Shown: positions 22,930 to 31,530 of the stretch, piece after piece
How positions within the stretch are numbered: the stretch's first letter is position 1
Layout of the letters: each line of letters starts with the position of its first letter
Assembly (NCBI RefSeq): GCF_000189295.2
Contig: NC_016803.1
Location: forward strand, 1,620,001 to 1,652,000
From: Pseudodesulfovibrio mercurii
GTDB lineage: Bacteria; Desulfobacterota; Desulfovibrionia; Desulfovibrionales; Desulfovibrionaceae
Direction: 5' to 3'
DNA length: 32,000 nucleotides
The notes under the pieces: generated by a model
The model's input: only the letters and a program-made list of their open reading frames with translations
What the model was told of the DNA's origin: nothing
The model's database searches: none
Made by a program: the position numbers and the translations under genes

Positions 22930-23730
22930 ATGAAACCTTTGTATCTCGCTTTTCTGGCCTGTCTCCTTCTTTCCGCCTGCTCCGCCGCGACCCAGAACAT
23001 CCCGGTCAGCTCCAATCCCGACGGGGCCCAGGTCCTGGCCGACGGCCAGGCAGTGGGCACCACGCCGTGCAACGTGACCCTGGAAAAAACCCAGCCGCAC
23101 ATCCTGACCGTCAAGAAGGACGGCTACCGGCAGGTGGACGTCCAGATCACCCGCAAATACGACACCGCGGGCGTGACCCGCGACGCGGCCCAGACCGGCC
23201 TGTGGCAGAGCTCCAACGGGGCCGACACCGAAGGGGCCGTGGCCAACGCCCTCATGAGCGTCGGGGCCGAGGAGGAATCCGGCGACGCCTACGTGCTCTC
23301 GCCCGCCTCGGTGGTGGTCCGGCTTGAGCCCGTGAACGGCCAGCCCGCCGTGGCCCAGGCCGACGCGCCCGTGGTCATTTCGTCCGACCAGCTCGACCCG
23401 GCCGACCAGAAGCGGCTGGAGGAGAGCCGGACCGGGGACGTCTCGACCACCGAGCCCGCCACCCTGGGCAGCGCCGTGGCCGACGATCCGGCCAAGGAGG
23501 CCGAGGCCGTGCTCGAAGGCGCCGCCGTGGCCGCCCCCACCGTGGGCACGGACAAGGAATGGGGCAGCAGCCACACCTCCACCTCGCACAACAGCGACGG
23601 CTCCTACACGCAGACCACCACCAGCACCAAGGCCAGTGTCGGGGTCCACGTCAATCCCGTGGAGGCCGGACTCGAGGCCATCAAGCTCCTGGAGGGCGCC
23701 GAGGGCTCGAGCAGCCAGTCCGCCGAATAA
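22930..23730 (+). CDS. PEGA-domain lipoprotein with acidic, Ser/Thr-rich C-terminal tail
   Basis: Lipobox LLSAC. IPVSSNPDGAQVLADGQAVGTTPCNVTL...LTVKKDGY is PEGA-like. Tail ...GSSHTSTSHNSDGSYTQTTTSTKAS.... GGAG RBS. Confidence 0.85.
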   Translation: MKPLYLAFLACLLLSACSAATQNIPVSSNPDGAQVLADGQAVGTTPCNVTLEKTQPHILTVKKDGYRQVDVQITRKYDTAGVTRDAAQTGLWQSSNGADTEGAVANALMSVGAEEESGDAYVLSPASVVVRLEPVNGQPAVAQADAPVVISSDQLDPADQKRLEESRTGDVSTTEPATLGSAVADDPAKEAEAVLEGAAVAAPTVGTDKEWGSSHTSTSHNSDGSYTQTTTSTKASVGVHVNPVEAGLEAIKLLEGAEGSSSQSAE

Positions 23731-23759
23731 CCGCCGCCTTTCGCCGCGCGATCATCCAA

Positions 23760-23790
23760 GGGCCCTGCTCGCGCGGGGCCCTTTTTCTTT
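23760..23790 (+). terminator. Rho-independent terminator
   Basis: GGGCCCTGC-TCGC-GCGGGGCCC (9-bp stem with one G-U pair), followed by TTTTTCTTTT. Confidence 0.7.
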
Positions 23791-23930
23791 TCTGTGGGGG
23801 ATCGGAGATCGCGGCATCGGTCCCGGAAGGGCCGTGTATCGACGCGCAACGACACGCGGCGGGGACAAGGACGGTGGGGCCGTAGCGGTCGCCGTCCAGG
23901 CCGGGCGCGGCTGCGTTCGGCGGCCATGGC

Positions 23931-23950
23931 GGCCGGGGAATATCCCGGCC
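23931..23950 (-). terminator. Hairpin downstream of the GT4 gene
   Basis: GGCCGGG-GAATAT-CCCGGCC, 3 nt after the GT4 stop. No U-tract. Confidence 0.3.
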
Positions 23951-23953
23951 CTT

Positions 23954-25081
23954 CTAGCCGGAGGGGGCGTCGCAGATGAGTGCGACGAGCCGGTCCCAGG
24001 AAAACCGTTCCTTGGTCAGCCGGGCGTTATCGGTCAGCTCCGCCAGCTTCGGGCCGTCCAGCCCCCTGACGAGCGCATCCGCCAACGCGGCGGCGTCGGA
24101 CGGGGGGACGAGCAACCCGTTGCGGCCGTCTTCGATCACTTCCGCCAGATTGCCGACGCGCGTGGCCACCACGGGCTTGCCGAACCCGTATGCCAGCTGG
24201 GACACGCCGCTGCCCGATGCCGAGCGGTACGGCTGGACGACCAGGTCGGCGGCGGCAAAGTACCTGCCCAGGTGCTCGTTCGGGACGTACTCATCGACCA
24301 GGCGCACGTGTTCGCCGAGGCCCAGGCGGTCCAGCTGTTCCAGGTACGCGTCCTTGTCCTTCCAGAACTCCCCGACGACCATGAGGGTCACGTCGCGGGA
24401 CGCCAGGACCGAGGGCATGGCCTCCAACAGGACGTCCAGCCCCTTGTACGGACGGACGAAACCGAAAAACAGCAGGACGTTCCCGGAGAGATTCAGTTCC
24501 CGGACGGCCTGTTCGCGGTCCATGCTCCCCCCGGCCAGGGAGACGTAGGTGGGATGGAACCCGGTCACCACCGGGAAATCCGCGCCCAGCAGGGCCTTCG
24601 CCTTTTCGCTCTCCTGTTGCGACTGGGTGACGATGCGGTCCGCGCGGGACAGCGTCAGGCGGGTGATCGCCCGCTTGAGGGCAGACGGCTCATGCTCCAG
24701 GACGTTGTGGCACAGGAAAACGACGCGGGTGGGCAGGAACCACCGCACCCAGGTGATCAGGACCAGGTAGAGCGGCGCCCAGAAGACCACCCACCAGGGC
24801 AGGACGAGCAGGTCGGGCTTGAAGCGCACCACGGCCCTGGCCGTTTGCAGCCAGGTGAAGGGGTTGACCGAATCCACCAGGAAATCCACGCCCTCCACAT
24901 GCAGTCCGTCGGCGCTGGGGTCCTTGTCCGACTTTCCGGGGAACAGGATCGCCGGGTACTGCCGCTTGTACGAGATGAACTGGACCTCGTGATCCTTTTT
25001 CAGGGCCTCGCAGAGCAGCGTCGTGTGGTGCGAGATGCCGCCCCGATAGGGATGCGTTGGACCGACAAGACTAACGCGCAT
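23954..25081 (-). CDS. Glycosyltransferase family 4 (GT-B fold)
   Basis: 375 aa from MRVSLVGPTHPYRGGIS. C-terminal LVVQPYRSASGSGVSQLAYGFGKPVVATRVGNLAEVIEDGRNGLLV is an E-x7-E-type GT4 motif region. Confidence 0.9.
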   Translation of the reverse strand: MRVSLVGPTHPYRGGISHHTTLLCEALKKDHEVQFISYKRQYPAILFPGKSDKDPSADGLHVEGVDFLVDSVNPFTWLQTARAVVRFKPDLLVLPWWVVFWAPLYLVLITWVRWFLPTRVVFLCHNVLEHEPSALKRAITRLTLSRADRIVTQSQQESEKAKALLGADFPVVTGFHPTYVSLAGGSMDREQAVRELNLSGNVLLFFGFVRPYKGLDVLLEAMPSVLASRDVTLMVVGEFWKDKDAYLEQLDRLGLGEHVRLVDEYVPNEHLGRYFAAADLVVQPYRSASGSGVSQLAYGFGKPVVATRVGNLAEVIEDGRNGLLVPPSDAAALADALVRGLDGPKLAELTDNARLTKERFSWDRLVALICDAPSG

Positions 25082-25091
25082 GGGGTGCCCC

Positions 25092-26066
25092 CTATTTGGA
25101 ATCGTGCTCTTCGGCCGTGTCCGCGTTCTCGGGCAAGGGCCGTTGCCGCTGCTGGAAGCGGATCTCCTCGAGCAGCCGCCGGTTGGCCGAGAGCAGGTCC
25201 GCGACAAAGGCGATCAGGAACGTCTGGAAACCCATGCCCGCCAGCGAGCCGGCCAGGATCAAGGACTGGACGTGGCCGCTGCCGCCGCTGGTGAAATAGT
25301 AGAAGAGGAAGCGAACCCCGATGAGGGCTCCGGCGGAAAACAGGATCGCCGCGATGAGGGAAAAGAACAGGAACGGCTTGTAGACGACGAAGATCCGCAC
25401 AATGGTGAAGATGCTGCGCTTGATGTACGAGGGGATGCCCTTGACCAGCCGGGAGGGCCGCAGGTCCTCGTTGACCTGGACCGGGACCGAGGCCACGGAC
25501 ATGCCCTTCTGGCCCGCCTGGATGATGGTCTCCAGCGTGTAGGTGTAGTTGTTGAAGACCATCAGCTGCTGCGCCGCCTCCCTGGACATGGCGCGAAAAC
25601 CGCTGGGCGCGTCCGGCACGTCGGTCTGGCTGGCCACGCGCACGACCCAGCTGCCCAGCTTCTGCAACAGCTTCTTGAGCGGGGAGAAGTGCTCGATGGA
25701 GGTGATCGGGCGCTCCCCGATGACCAGGTCCGCCCTGCCTTCCAAAACGGGCCGGACCAACTCGGGAATGTCGCCCGCGTTGTACTGGTTGTCGGCGTCC
25801 GTGTTGACGATCACGTCCGCCCCGAGGGACAGGCAGGCGTTCAGGCCGGTCATGAAGGCCGCGGCCAGCCCCTTGTTCTTGGAATGGCGCACCACGTGGT
25901 CCACGCCGTGCCGCTTCGCCTCTTCCACGGTATTGTCCCGGCTGCCGTCGTCGATGACCAGCCACTCGACCTCCGTGAATCCGGGGACGGTGCGCGGGAG
26001 TTCGGCGAGCGCAATGCCCAGCGTCTTCTCTTCATTGTAACACGGGACCTGAATGATCAACTTCAT
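25092..26066 (-). CDS. GT2 polyprenyl-phosphate glycosyltransferase (GtrB/ArnC/DPM1-like, C-terminal TM helices)
   Basis: 324 aa from MKLIIQVPCYNEE. VIDDGSRDNT and NTDADNQY (DxD) motifs. Two C-terminal hydrophobic helices. Confidence 0.9.
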   Translation of the reverse strand: MKLIIQVPCYNEEKTLGIALAELPRTVPGFTEVEWLVIDDGSRDNTVEEAKRHGVDHVVRHSKNKGLAAAFMTGLNACLSLGADVIVNTDADNQYNAGDIPELVRPVLEGRADLVIGERPITSIEHFSPLKKLLQKLGSWVVRVASQTDVPDAPSGFRAMSREAAQQLMVFNNYTYTLETIIQAGQKGMSVASVPVQVNEDLRPSRLVKGIPSYIKRSIFTIVRIFVVYKPFLFFSLIAAILFSAGALIGVRFLFYYFTSGGSGHVQSLILAGSLAGMGFQTFLIAFVADLLSANRRLLEEIRFQQRQRPLPENADTAEEHDSK

Positions 26067-26341
26067 GCTGTGACTCCATGCTGAACGTCGAAAGAAATGT
26101 CGTCTTCGCCGTACATCTCGAATATTGCGCCGGGCGGGTCCCTTCCGGCCCCCGCCCCGCATGACGGACTTGTCCGATCCGGCAACTGTCAAACGTATCC
26201 TTGCAACCGGCGCGAACCGGATGCGGGCACCCTAGCCTATCCGCGCTCCGGATTCCAGCCGATCCGCCCGGCCGTTGCAAACTCCCGCGGCGCCGCCCCA
26301 CGGCGCGAAAACATCCCGGCGGCCATGCGGCCTCCCGGTCC

Positions 26342-27856
26342 TCAATACTCCGTCAGGATCACCGCGCGGTCATCCCACTCCCCCGCGAACCCGTTCCGCT
26401 CCATCAACAGATAGGTCTTCCCGTCCCTGGTCAGCGCCGGGAAATCCTCCAGGCTGAGGCCATGGGACCGGTCGTAATAGGGCACGTTCCCATGATACCT
26501 GATCTCCGTATAGAGCGCGCGGTACTTGTGGATGCCCTTGACGGTATGCTTCTCGTCCTCCCCCTCGGGGATGAACACGGGCAGCCCTTCGGCGCGGGCC
26601 TGCCGGACGGTCTCCATGACGCGGGCGGTCCGCATGCAGCCGGTGTCCGCATGCACGGCCGGGACGGCGTACCTGGCGATGAGCAGGACCAGGGCCGCGA
26701 AAAGGACCGCCCGGATGCCCCGCTCCCCCAGCCGGACCGGCAACCGGCATTTCCGGGCCAGTCCTTCGAAACGGACGGTGGACAGGAAGAGCATCATGAT
26801 CAGGATGGCCAGTTCGAACTCGACGAACTGGTAGCGGAAAAGCATCCGCTCCGGCCTGTTGAAGGGGAACACCGAGGTGATGGCGTAGGCGTGGCCGAGG
26901 AACCCGAAGAGAAACGGCACGGCCGGGATATAGATGTTCCGCCATTTCCTCAGCAGGGCGGAGACCGAGACCAGGAATGTGCCGTACAGCAGGATGGAGA
27001 CGAACCCGCCCGGATGTCGGAAGTAGACCAGGAAATTGGCGAGGTATTCGGTCAGCGAGACGGAATAGGACTGCCAGTTCCGGACGGCGGCATCAATGGT
27101 GCGGATGGGGCGATGGGAATGCTGGATCAGCTCAAGGCGGCCCAGCGACGCCCCGGTCAGCAGGTCGAAGACGGCGGTCTCGGCGGCGTAGACGACGAGG
27201 AACACCCCCAGGAAACAGAGGACGTAGCGGACCCGGGCGCCCATGCCGTCCGCCAGCATCCAGATGAGGAGGAGAAAGGCGGGCAGATAGTAGATGGACG
27301 TGACCTTGGCCCCGTAGGCCAGGGAGAAGAACAGCGCACTGGCGATCATGTTCGCCATGCCGCCGTCGTCCCGCCAGCGGGTCAGGCAATAGAGCGCCCC
27401 GAGCAGATAGGTGATGACCGCCCCCATGGGCAGAATCTGGCTTCCCAGCCGGATCATGGGCAGGGACAGGACGATCAGGATGCCGCCGACCAGGCCGACG
27501 CGCCACGACCGGAGTCTTGCCAGCAGCAGGAACCCGAAGACCACCGTCAGGGTGGACAGGAAAAAGGGCCAGACATAGTAGACCGTGGGCGCGGTGCCGA
27601 ACCATTTCTGGATGAAAAAGACAGGAATGTTGACAGCCCAGCGGCACGCATGGTGGTTCCAGCTGGCCGGAAGGTCCCCGAAGAGCACGTACTGCTTGAC
27701 GAGCATCCATTTGTAGACGGCGTCGCCGCCGTCCTCGACGAGTTCCGAAGTGAGGAAGCGGAAGAGCAACGACAGGGCGACCAGGAACAGGAGGCAGCCA
27801 TACAACGCGTATCGCCGCCCGCGGGCGTCTTCTTTCAAAACCGTTGCCTCACGCAT
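26342..27856 (-). CDS. GT-C fold integral membrane glycosyltransferase (ArnT/PMT_2-like)
   Basis: 504 aa with about 11 hydrophobic segments, an acidic first loop (SELVEDGGDAVYKW) and a ~100-aa soluble C-terminal domain. Adjacent to the GT2 polyprenyl-P enzyme gene. Confidence 0.75.
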   Translation of the reverse strand: MREATVLKEDARGRRYALYGCLLFLVALSLLFRFLTSELVEDGGDAVYKWMLVKQYVLFGDLPASWNHHACRWAVNIPVFFIQKWFGTAPTVYYVWPFFLSTLTVVFGFLLLARLRSWRVGLVGGILIVLSLPMIRLGSQILPMGAVITYLLGALYCLTRWRDDGGMANMIASALFFSLAYGAKVTSIYYLPAFLLLIWMLADGMGARVRYVLCFLGVFLVVYAAETAVFDLLTGASLGRLELIQHSHRPIRTIDAAVRNWQSYSVSLTEYLANFLVYFRHPGGFVSILLYGTFLVSVSALLRKWRNIYIPAVPFLFGFLGHAYAITSVFPFNRPERMLFRYQFVEFELAILIMMLFLSTVRFEGLARKCRLPVRLGERGIRAVLFAALVLLIARYAVPAVHADTGCMRTARVMETVRQARAEGLPVFIPEGEDEKHTVKGIHKYRALYTEIRYHGNVPYYDRSHGLSLEDFPALTRDGKTYLLMERNGFAGEWDDRAVILTEY

Positions 27857-28138
27857 CGAAACCTCTTCGCATCTCCCGGAACTCGGCCGTTTGCGGACGT
27901 TGGGCAGGGGAAAGCGGGAAAAAACGCCGTTTCCCGCCGGGTGCGTTCCCTGGCCGCGACGGGGTGGATGCGGGGAGTCCCCGCCCGCGTCGCCCTCCTC
28001 CGGGCCGAACGGCCGAATGTTCCTCTCGGATTCGCCCCGGGGCTTGTCACACGTCTCGTCGAAAGAGCACTATCTCAAATAAATCATCAAGTAAAACGAA
28101 ACTAATACATACAATCAAATGATACGCGCCCCCGCCGG

Positions 28139-29107
28139 TCACTCGCCCGCGCCTGCCTCCCGTGCCGGGATTCGGGTCCCCTGCGCCGACCGGCGCAAGG
28201 CGTGGACCATACCGATGCCTCCCAGCACAAAGGTCAGCCCCAGCATGACGCCGCGATCCAGGGTGCTGGCAAAAAAGCCCGCCTGGAAATTGAATCCCGT
28301 GGATGCAGCGAGAACGCCGATGACCCACTCCCTGACGCCCAGATTGCCCGGCGTCACGGTGACGAAGGTGAGCACCGAGGAAGCGGGCCCCACGATGAGG
28401 TAGAGCCAGATGGGCGCGGCGACACCAAAGGCCGTAAAGGAAATGTACAGGCGAAGACTGAAGAATATCTCCTGGCACAAAATGCAGCCGAGGACGGTCA
28501 ACAGGGCCTTCGGCGTCTGGCGCATGGTCCTGTGGGCCTGCGTCAGTTTTTCCAACCGCCCTTGCAAGAAGCGATTGCGGACGGAGATCTTGGCAACGGG
28601 GAAAAAGAATGCCGCCAGGGCCGCAATGAACACTCCGGCGAAAAGACAGTAAACCGCCACGGGCACCGAATATCCCCCCAGCTTCAGACCCACCAACCCG
28701 AGGCAACAGAAAAAGCTCGCGATAAGAGCGAGCAACATAGTGCGGGCCATCATTATCCCGACAAAGGCTGAATAGTCCATCCCCACGACATTCTTAAAAA
28801 AACGCATCCGCACAATCGTGCCGAGGCTCATGGGAAGATAGTTCCCTAGCATTCCCGCAGTCATGACGAAAAAATTCTCCCAGAACCCGATACGCTTCCC
28901 GGCAAGCCGAGTGAAAACCAGCAGCGGAATGGAATTCGCCGTCCAGTTGAGCAGGACAAGGGCCGCCATCGCGACGAGTTGCCAGTACGGCAGCGACAAC
29001 GTCCCCGCGAATGTACCCCGATGATTCCATAGATATGCGCCGAGGCCGACGAGAATGGACAGGGAAAGAAGGGCCTGTCCCCATTTTACAACTGTTTGTC
29101 TATCCAT
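28139..29107 (-). CDS. UPF0104 / lysyl-PG-synthase-TM (MprF flippase-like) family membrane protein
   Basis: 322 aa with about 8 TM segments, PGNLGVREWV near the C-terminus and a GNYLP-type motif, typical of the flippase-like family. Markedly lower G+C (92/180 hand count at 28741-28920). Confidence 0.75.
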   Translation of the reverse strand: MDRQTVVKWGQALLSLSILVGLGAYLWNHRGTFAGTLSLPYWQLVAMAALVLLNWTANSIPLLVFTRLAGKRIGFWENFFVMTAGMLGNYLPMSLGTIVRMRFFKNVVGMDYSAFVGIMMARTMLLALIASFFCCLGLVGLKLGGYSVPVAVYCLFAGVFIAALAAFFFPVAKISVRNRFLQGRLEKLTQAHRTMRQTPKALLTVLGCILCQEIFFSLRLYISFTAFGVAAPIWLYLIVGPASSVLTFVTVTPGNLGVREWVIGVLAASTGFNFQAGFFASTLDRGVMLGLTFVLGGIGMVHALRRSAQGTRIPAREAGAGE

Positions 29108-29685
29108 CTGCTCTCACTGCCCTTGGGGCTGAAGTACATCCGAATCCAGCCTCAAGCGCTTGGGCGTGCATCAAATGCTCGACGTCCAAACCGGCAAGCC
29201 GGCAAACCGTCGCCGGACGCATTGGCGGGAACCCTCGGGACGTCTCTGAGGCGAGCCCCGGACGTCCCTTCCTCTCGTGCGGCGGACACCCATGTTTTTG
29301 TTATGTTGGGCTTTGTACCTGCCTCCGAGGGATCACGCTTAATACGACAATAATAGTCGGCAGTCCATATAGAAGGGTGCGGTTCCGGACCCGCGGCCCG
29401 CCGGACCACGATCCTATAGAATACGCCGCCGCGCCGCACCGCTCTTTTGCGTTACATCTTTTCGCCCGTCTCCGGCAACGGGACGTCGGATCGCCCCGCG
29501 CTGCCCTTCTGGACGGCCGTCCGAGCGGCCGGACCGCCCTCCCCTCCACTTTTTTTGCACACCGGGGCCAAATGGGATTATGGTTGCGGAGGACGACGAA
29601 TTTTTGCGATAGTACCCTAGGACATTCGCCAAGCCGGTGGGCGAAGCGCCACGGGGACTCTACCGGCCGGACAAGGAGCAGGACA

Positions 29686-30573
29686 ATGTTCACGAAGATT
29701 TTGTTGGCGGTGACACCGCAGATCGACACGCAGACCGCGCCCAAGGCGGCCTTCGACCTGGCCCGTTCGCGCAATGCGGAAGTCATTTTGTTCCACGCCC
29801 TGCCCATTGCGCAGGACGCGTGGTGCGCCTTCGACGACCCGGCGGACCGGGACCGGCTGCTGGCTTCGGCCGAGGCCAGGATCGCCGAGTTCTTCCAGGA
29901 GGACCTCAAGGACGTCAGGCACTCCATCCGGGTGACCACGGGCGTGGCCCACGAGCAGATGCTCAAGATCATCCACGCCGAGGGCGTGGACCTCATCATC
30001 ATGGGTCACCACACCCGGCCGCCGCACCGGGCCGACCGCATGTGGGGGGTGGTGGACACGACCATCCGCAAGGTCTGCGCCAACGTGTTCTGCCCGGTCA
30101 TGGTGGTCACCAACCCCATGCCCGCCGGGGCGTCCATCAGGCGCATCGTCATGGCCACGGACTTTTCCACCCCGTCGGATTCGGCCCTGTGCTACGCGGT
30201 GCAGATGGCCGCCTCCTTCGGGGCGCACCTGGACATCTTCCACGTGCTCGACGTGGGCCAGGTCACGCCCAATCCCGAGTACTACATGCAGTCCATGGAG
30301 GTCTTCATCGACAAGGCCCTGGCCCGCATGCACAGCCGCTACGCCCGGGCCCTGGACGGCGTCGACCACGAGTTCCACTGCTGGGAGGGGCTGCCCTACG
30401 TGGAAATCCTCAAGCAGGCCCGCTGGCAGGAGGCGGACGTGGTCATCATGGCCCAGTACTCGTCCAGCGAGGACCACGCCAAGCCCTCGGTGGGGTCCAC
30501 CACCATCCAGGTGGCGCTGTCGCCGGGTTGCCCGGCCATCCTGGTCAACTACCGCGCGCGCACGTGCATCTAG
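29686..30573 (+). CDS. Tandem universal stress protein (UspA) domain protein
   Basis: 295 aa from MFTKILLAVT with AAGGAG RBS. Two Usp modules (ILLAVT...LIIMGHH...; IVMATDFS...VVIMAQYS...GSTTIQV). Confidence 0.9.
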   Translation: MFTKILLAVTPQIDTQTAPKAAFDLARSRNAEVILFHALPIAQDAWCAFDDPADRDRLLASAEARIAEFFQEDLKDVRHSIRVTTGVAHEQMLKIIHAEGVDLIIMGHHTRPPHRADRMWGVVDTTIRKVCANVFCPVMVVTNPMPAGASIRRIVMATDFSTPSDSALCYAVQMAASFGAHLDIFHVLDVGQVTPNPEYYMQSMEVFIDKALARMHSRYARALDGVDHEFHCWEGLPYVEILKQARWQEADVVIMAQYSSSEDHAKPSVGSTTIQVALSPGCPAILVNYRARTCI

Positions 30574-30581
30574 GAGCGACC

Positions 30582-31004
30582 ATGGCCCGAACCCTCTGCG
30601 CCCTGGCCGCCCTGGCCTGCCTGCTCACGGCCTTCGGCTGCGGCGTGCCCAAACAGAAGATTCCGGTGTCCACCGACCCGCTGGGCGCCGTGGTGTACGC
30701 CGACGGCGACAGGGCCTGCGGGTCCACGCCCTGCTCGGTCCGTCTGGACCGCCGGTCCGACCATCTCCTGACCATCGTCAAGGAGGGGTACGAGCAGGTC
30801 GAGGTCGTGGTGCGCCGCGAGTTCAAACCGGACCGCGCCATCCGCGACGGGGTCATCTCCGGGATCATCAAGGGCGGCGACCCCGAGGCCGTGGCCGCGG
30901 AAACGGCCAGGGAGGTGGACGAGCAGGAGCGCAGCGGCGAGGCCTACGTGCTCGAACCGTCCATCGTGACCATCCGGCTGACGCCCAAGGGCACGGGGAT
31001 ATGA
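30582..31004 (+). CDS. PEGA-domain lipoprotein (short paralogue of 22930-23730)
   Basis: Lipobox LLTAFGC. IPVSTDPLGAVVYADGDRACGSTPCSVRL...LTIVKEGY and ERSGEAYVLEPSIVTIRL parallel the first paralogue. AGGAG RBS. Confidence 0.85.
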   Translation: MARTLCALAALACLLTAFGCGVPKQKIPVSTDPLGAVVYADGDRACGSTPCSVRLDRRSDHLLTIVKEGYEQVEVVVRREFKPDRAIRDGVISGIIKGGDPEAVAAETAREVDEQERSGEAYVLEPSIVTIRLTPKGTGI

Positions 31005-31492
31005 CCATGGCCTACCGACGCACAACGGACCGGCCCAAGCGCCGGAACAAGGCCCAGAGCGTGGGCGACGCCCTGCCGGGCCTGCTGGACGGCCTGGACC
31101 GGGCGGGCGGCCGCAGGCTGGTCATGCTGTGGCGGGCCTGGGACGAGCTGCTCGGCGACATGGCCGCCATGGCGCGGCCCGTGGGTCATCGCGGCGGCAG
31201 GCTGGTCCTGGCCGCGGGCGATCCCATCGTCATGCAGGAGGCCCAGTATCTCGGCCCCATGATCCTCAAAAAGGTCAATGAATTTTTGGGACAGGAAGTC
31301 TTTGACAAAGTGGTGTTCGAACTGCTAAACGGCAGAGTTCCTTTGGACGGAGTGATCCGGCCGGAGGCCCCTAAGCCTCCGAGGAAACTTAAAAAACCTG
31401 AGAAGTTAGGCAGCTTGAATGAGCAGCTGGACCCGGATTCGCCTGTTGGCAGGTGCTACCGGGCCTACCAGCGAATGTTTGACGACTCGTAA
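31001..31492 (+). CDS. DUF721 (DciA-like) domain protein
   Basis: 163 aa. VGDALPGLLDGL...LVMLWRAWDELLG...RLVLAAGDPIVMQEAQYLGPMILKKVNEFLG...V..VVFEL matches the DUF721 pattern. ATGA overlap with the preceding stop; an alternative ATG is at 31007. Confidence 0.75.
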   Translation: MTMAYRRTTDRPKRRNKAQSVGDALPGLLDGLDRAGGRRLVMLWRAWDELLGDMAAMARPVGHRGGRLVLAAGDPIVMQEAQYLGPMILKKVNEFLGQEVFDKVVFELLNGRVPLDGVIRPEAPKPPRKLKKPEKLGSLNEQLDPDSPVGRCYRAYQRMFDDS

Positions 31493-31530
31493 CACAATTC
31501 CGCTTCAGGTATTTTTTTAAGGAGTACACC

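Noticed and set aside
22611-23114. 167-aa minus-strand ORF spanning the gap and the start of the PEGA lipoprotein gene.
   Set aside because: It overlaps a well-supported lipoprotein gene in antisense. Its composition is Arg/Pro/Trp-rich and it has no RBS.
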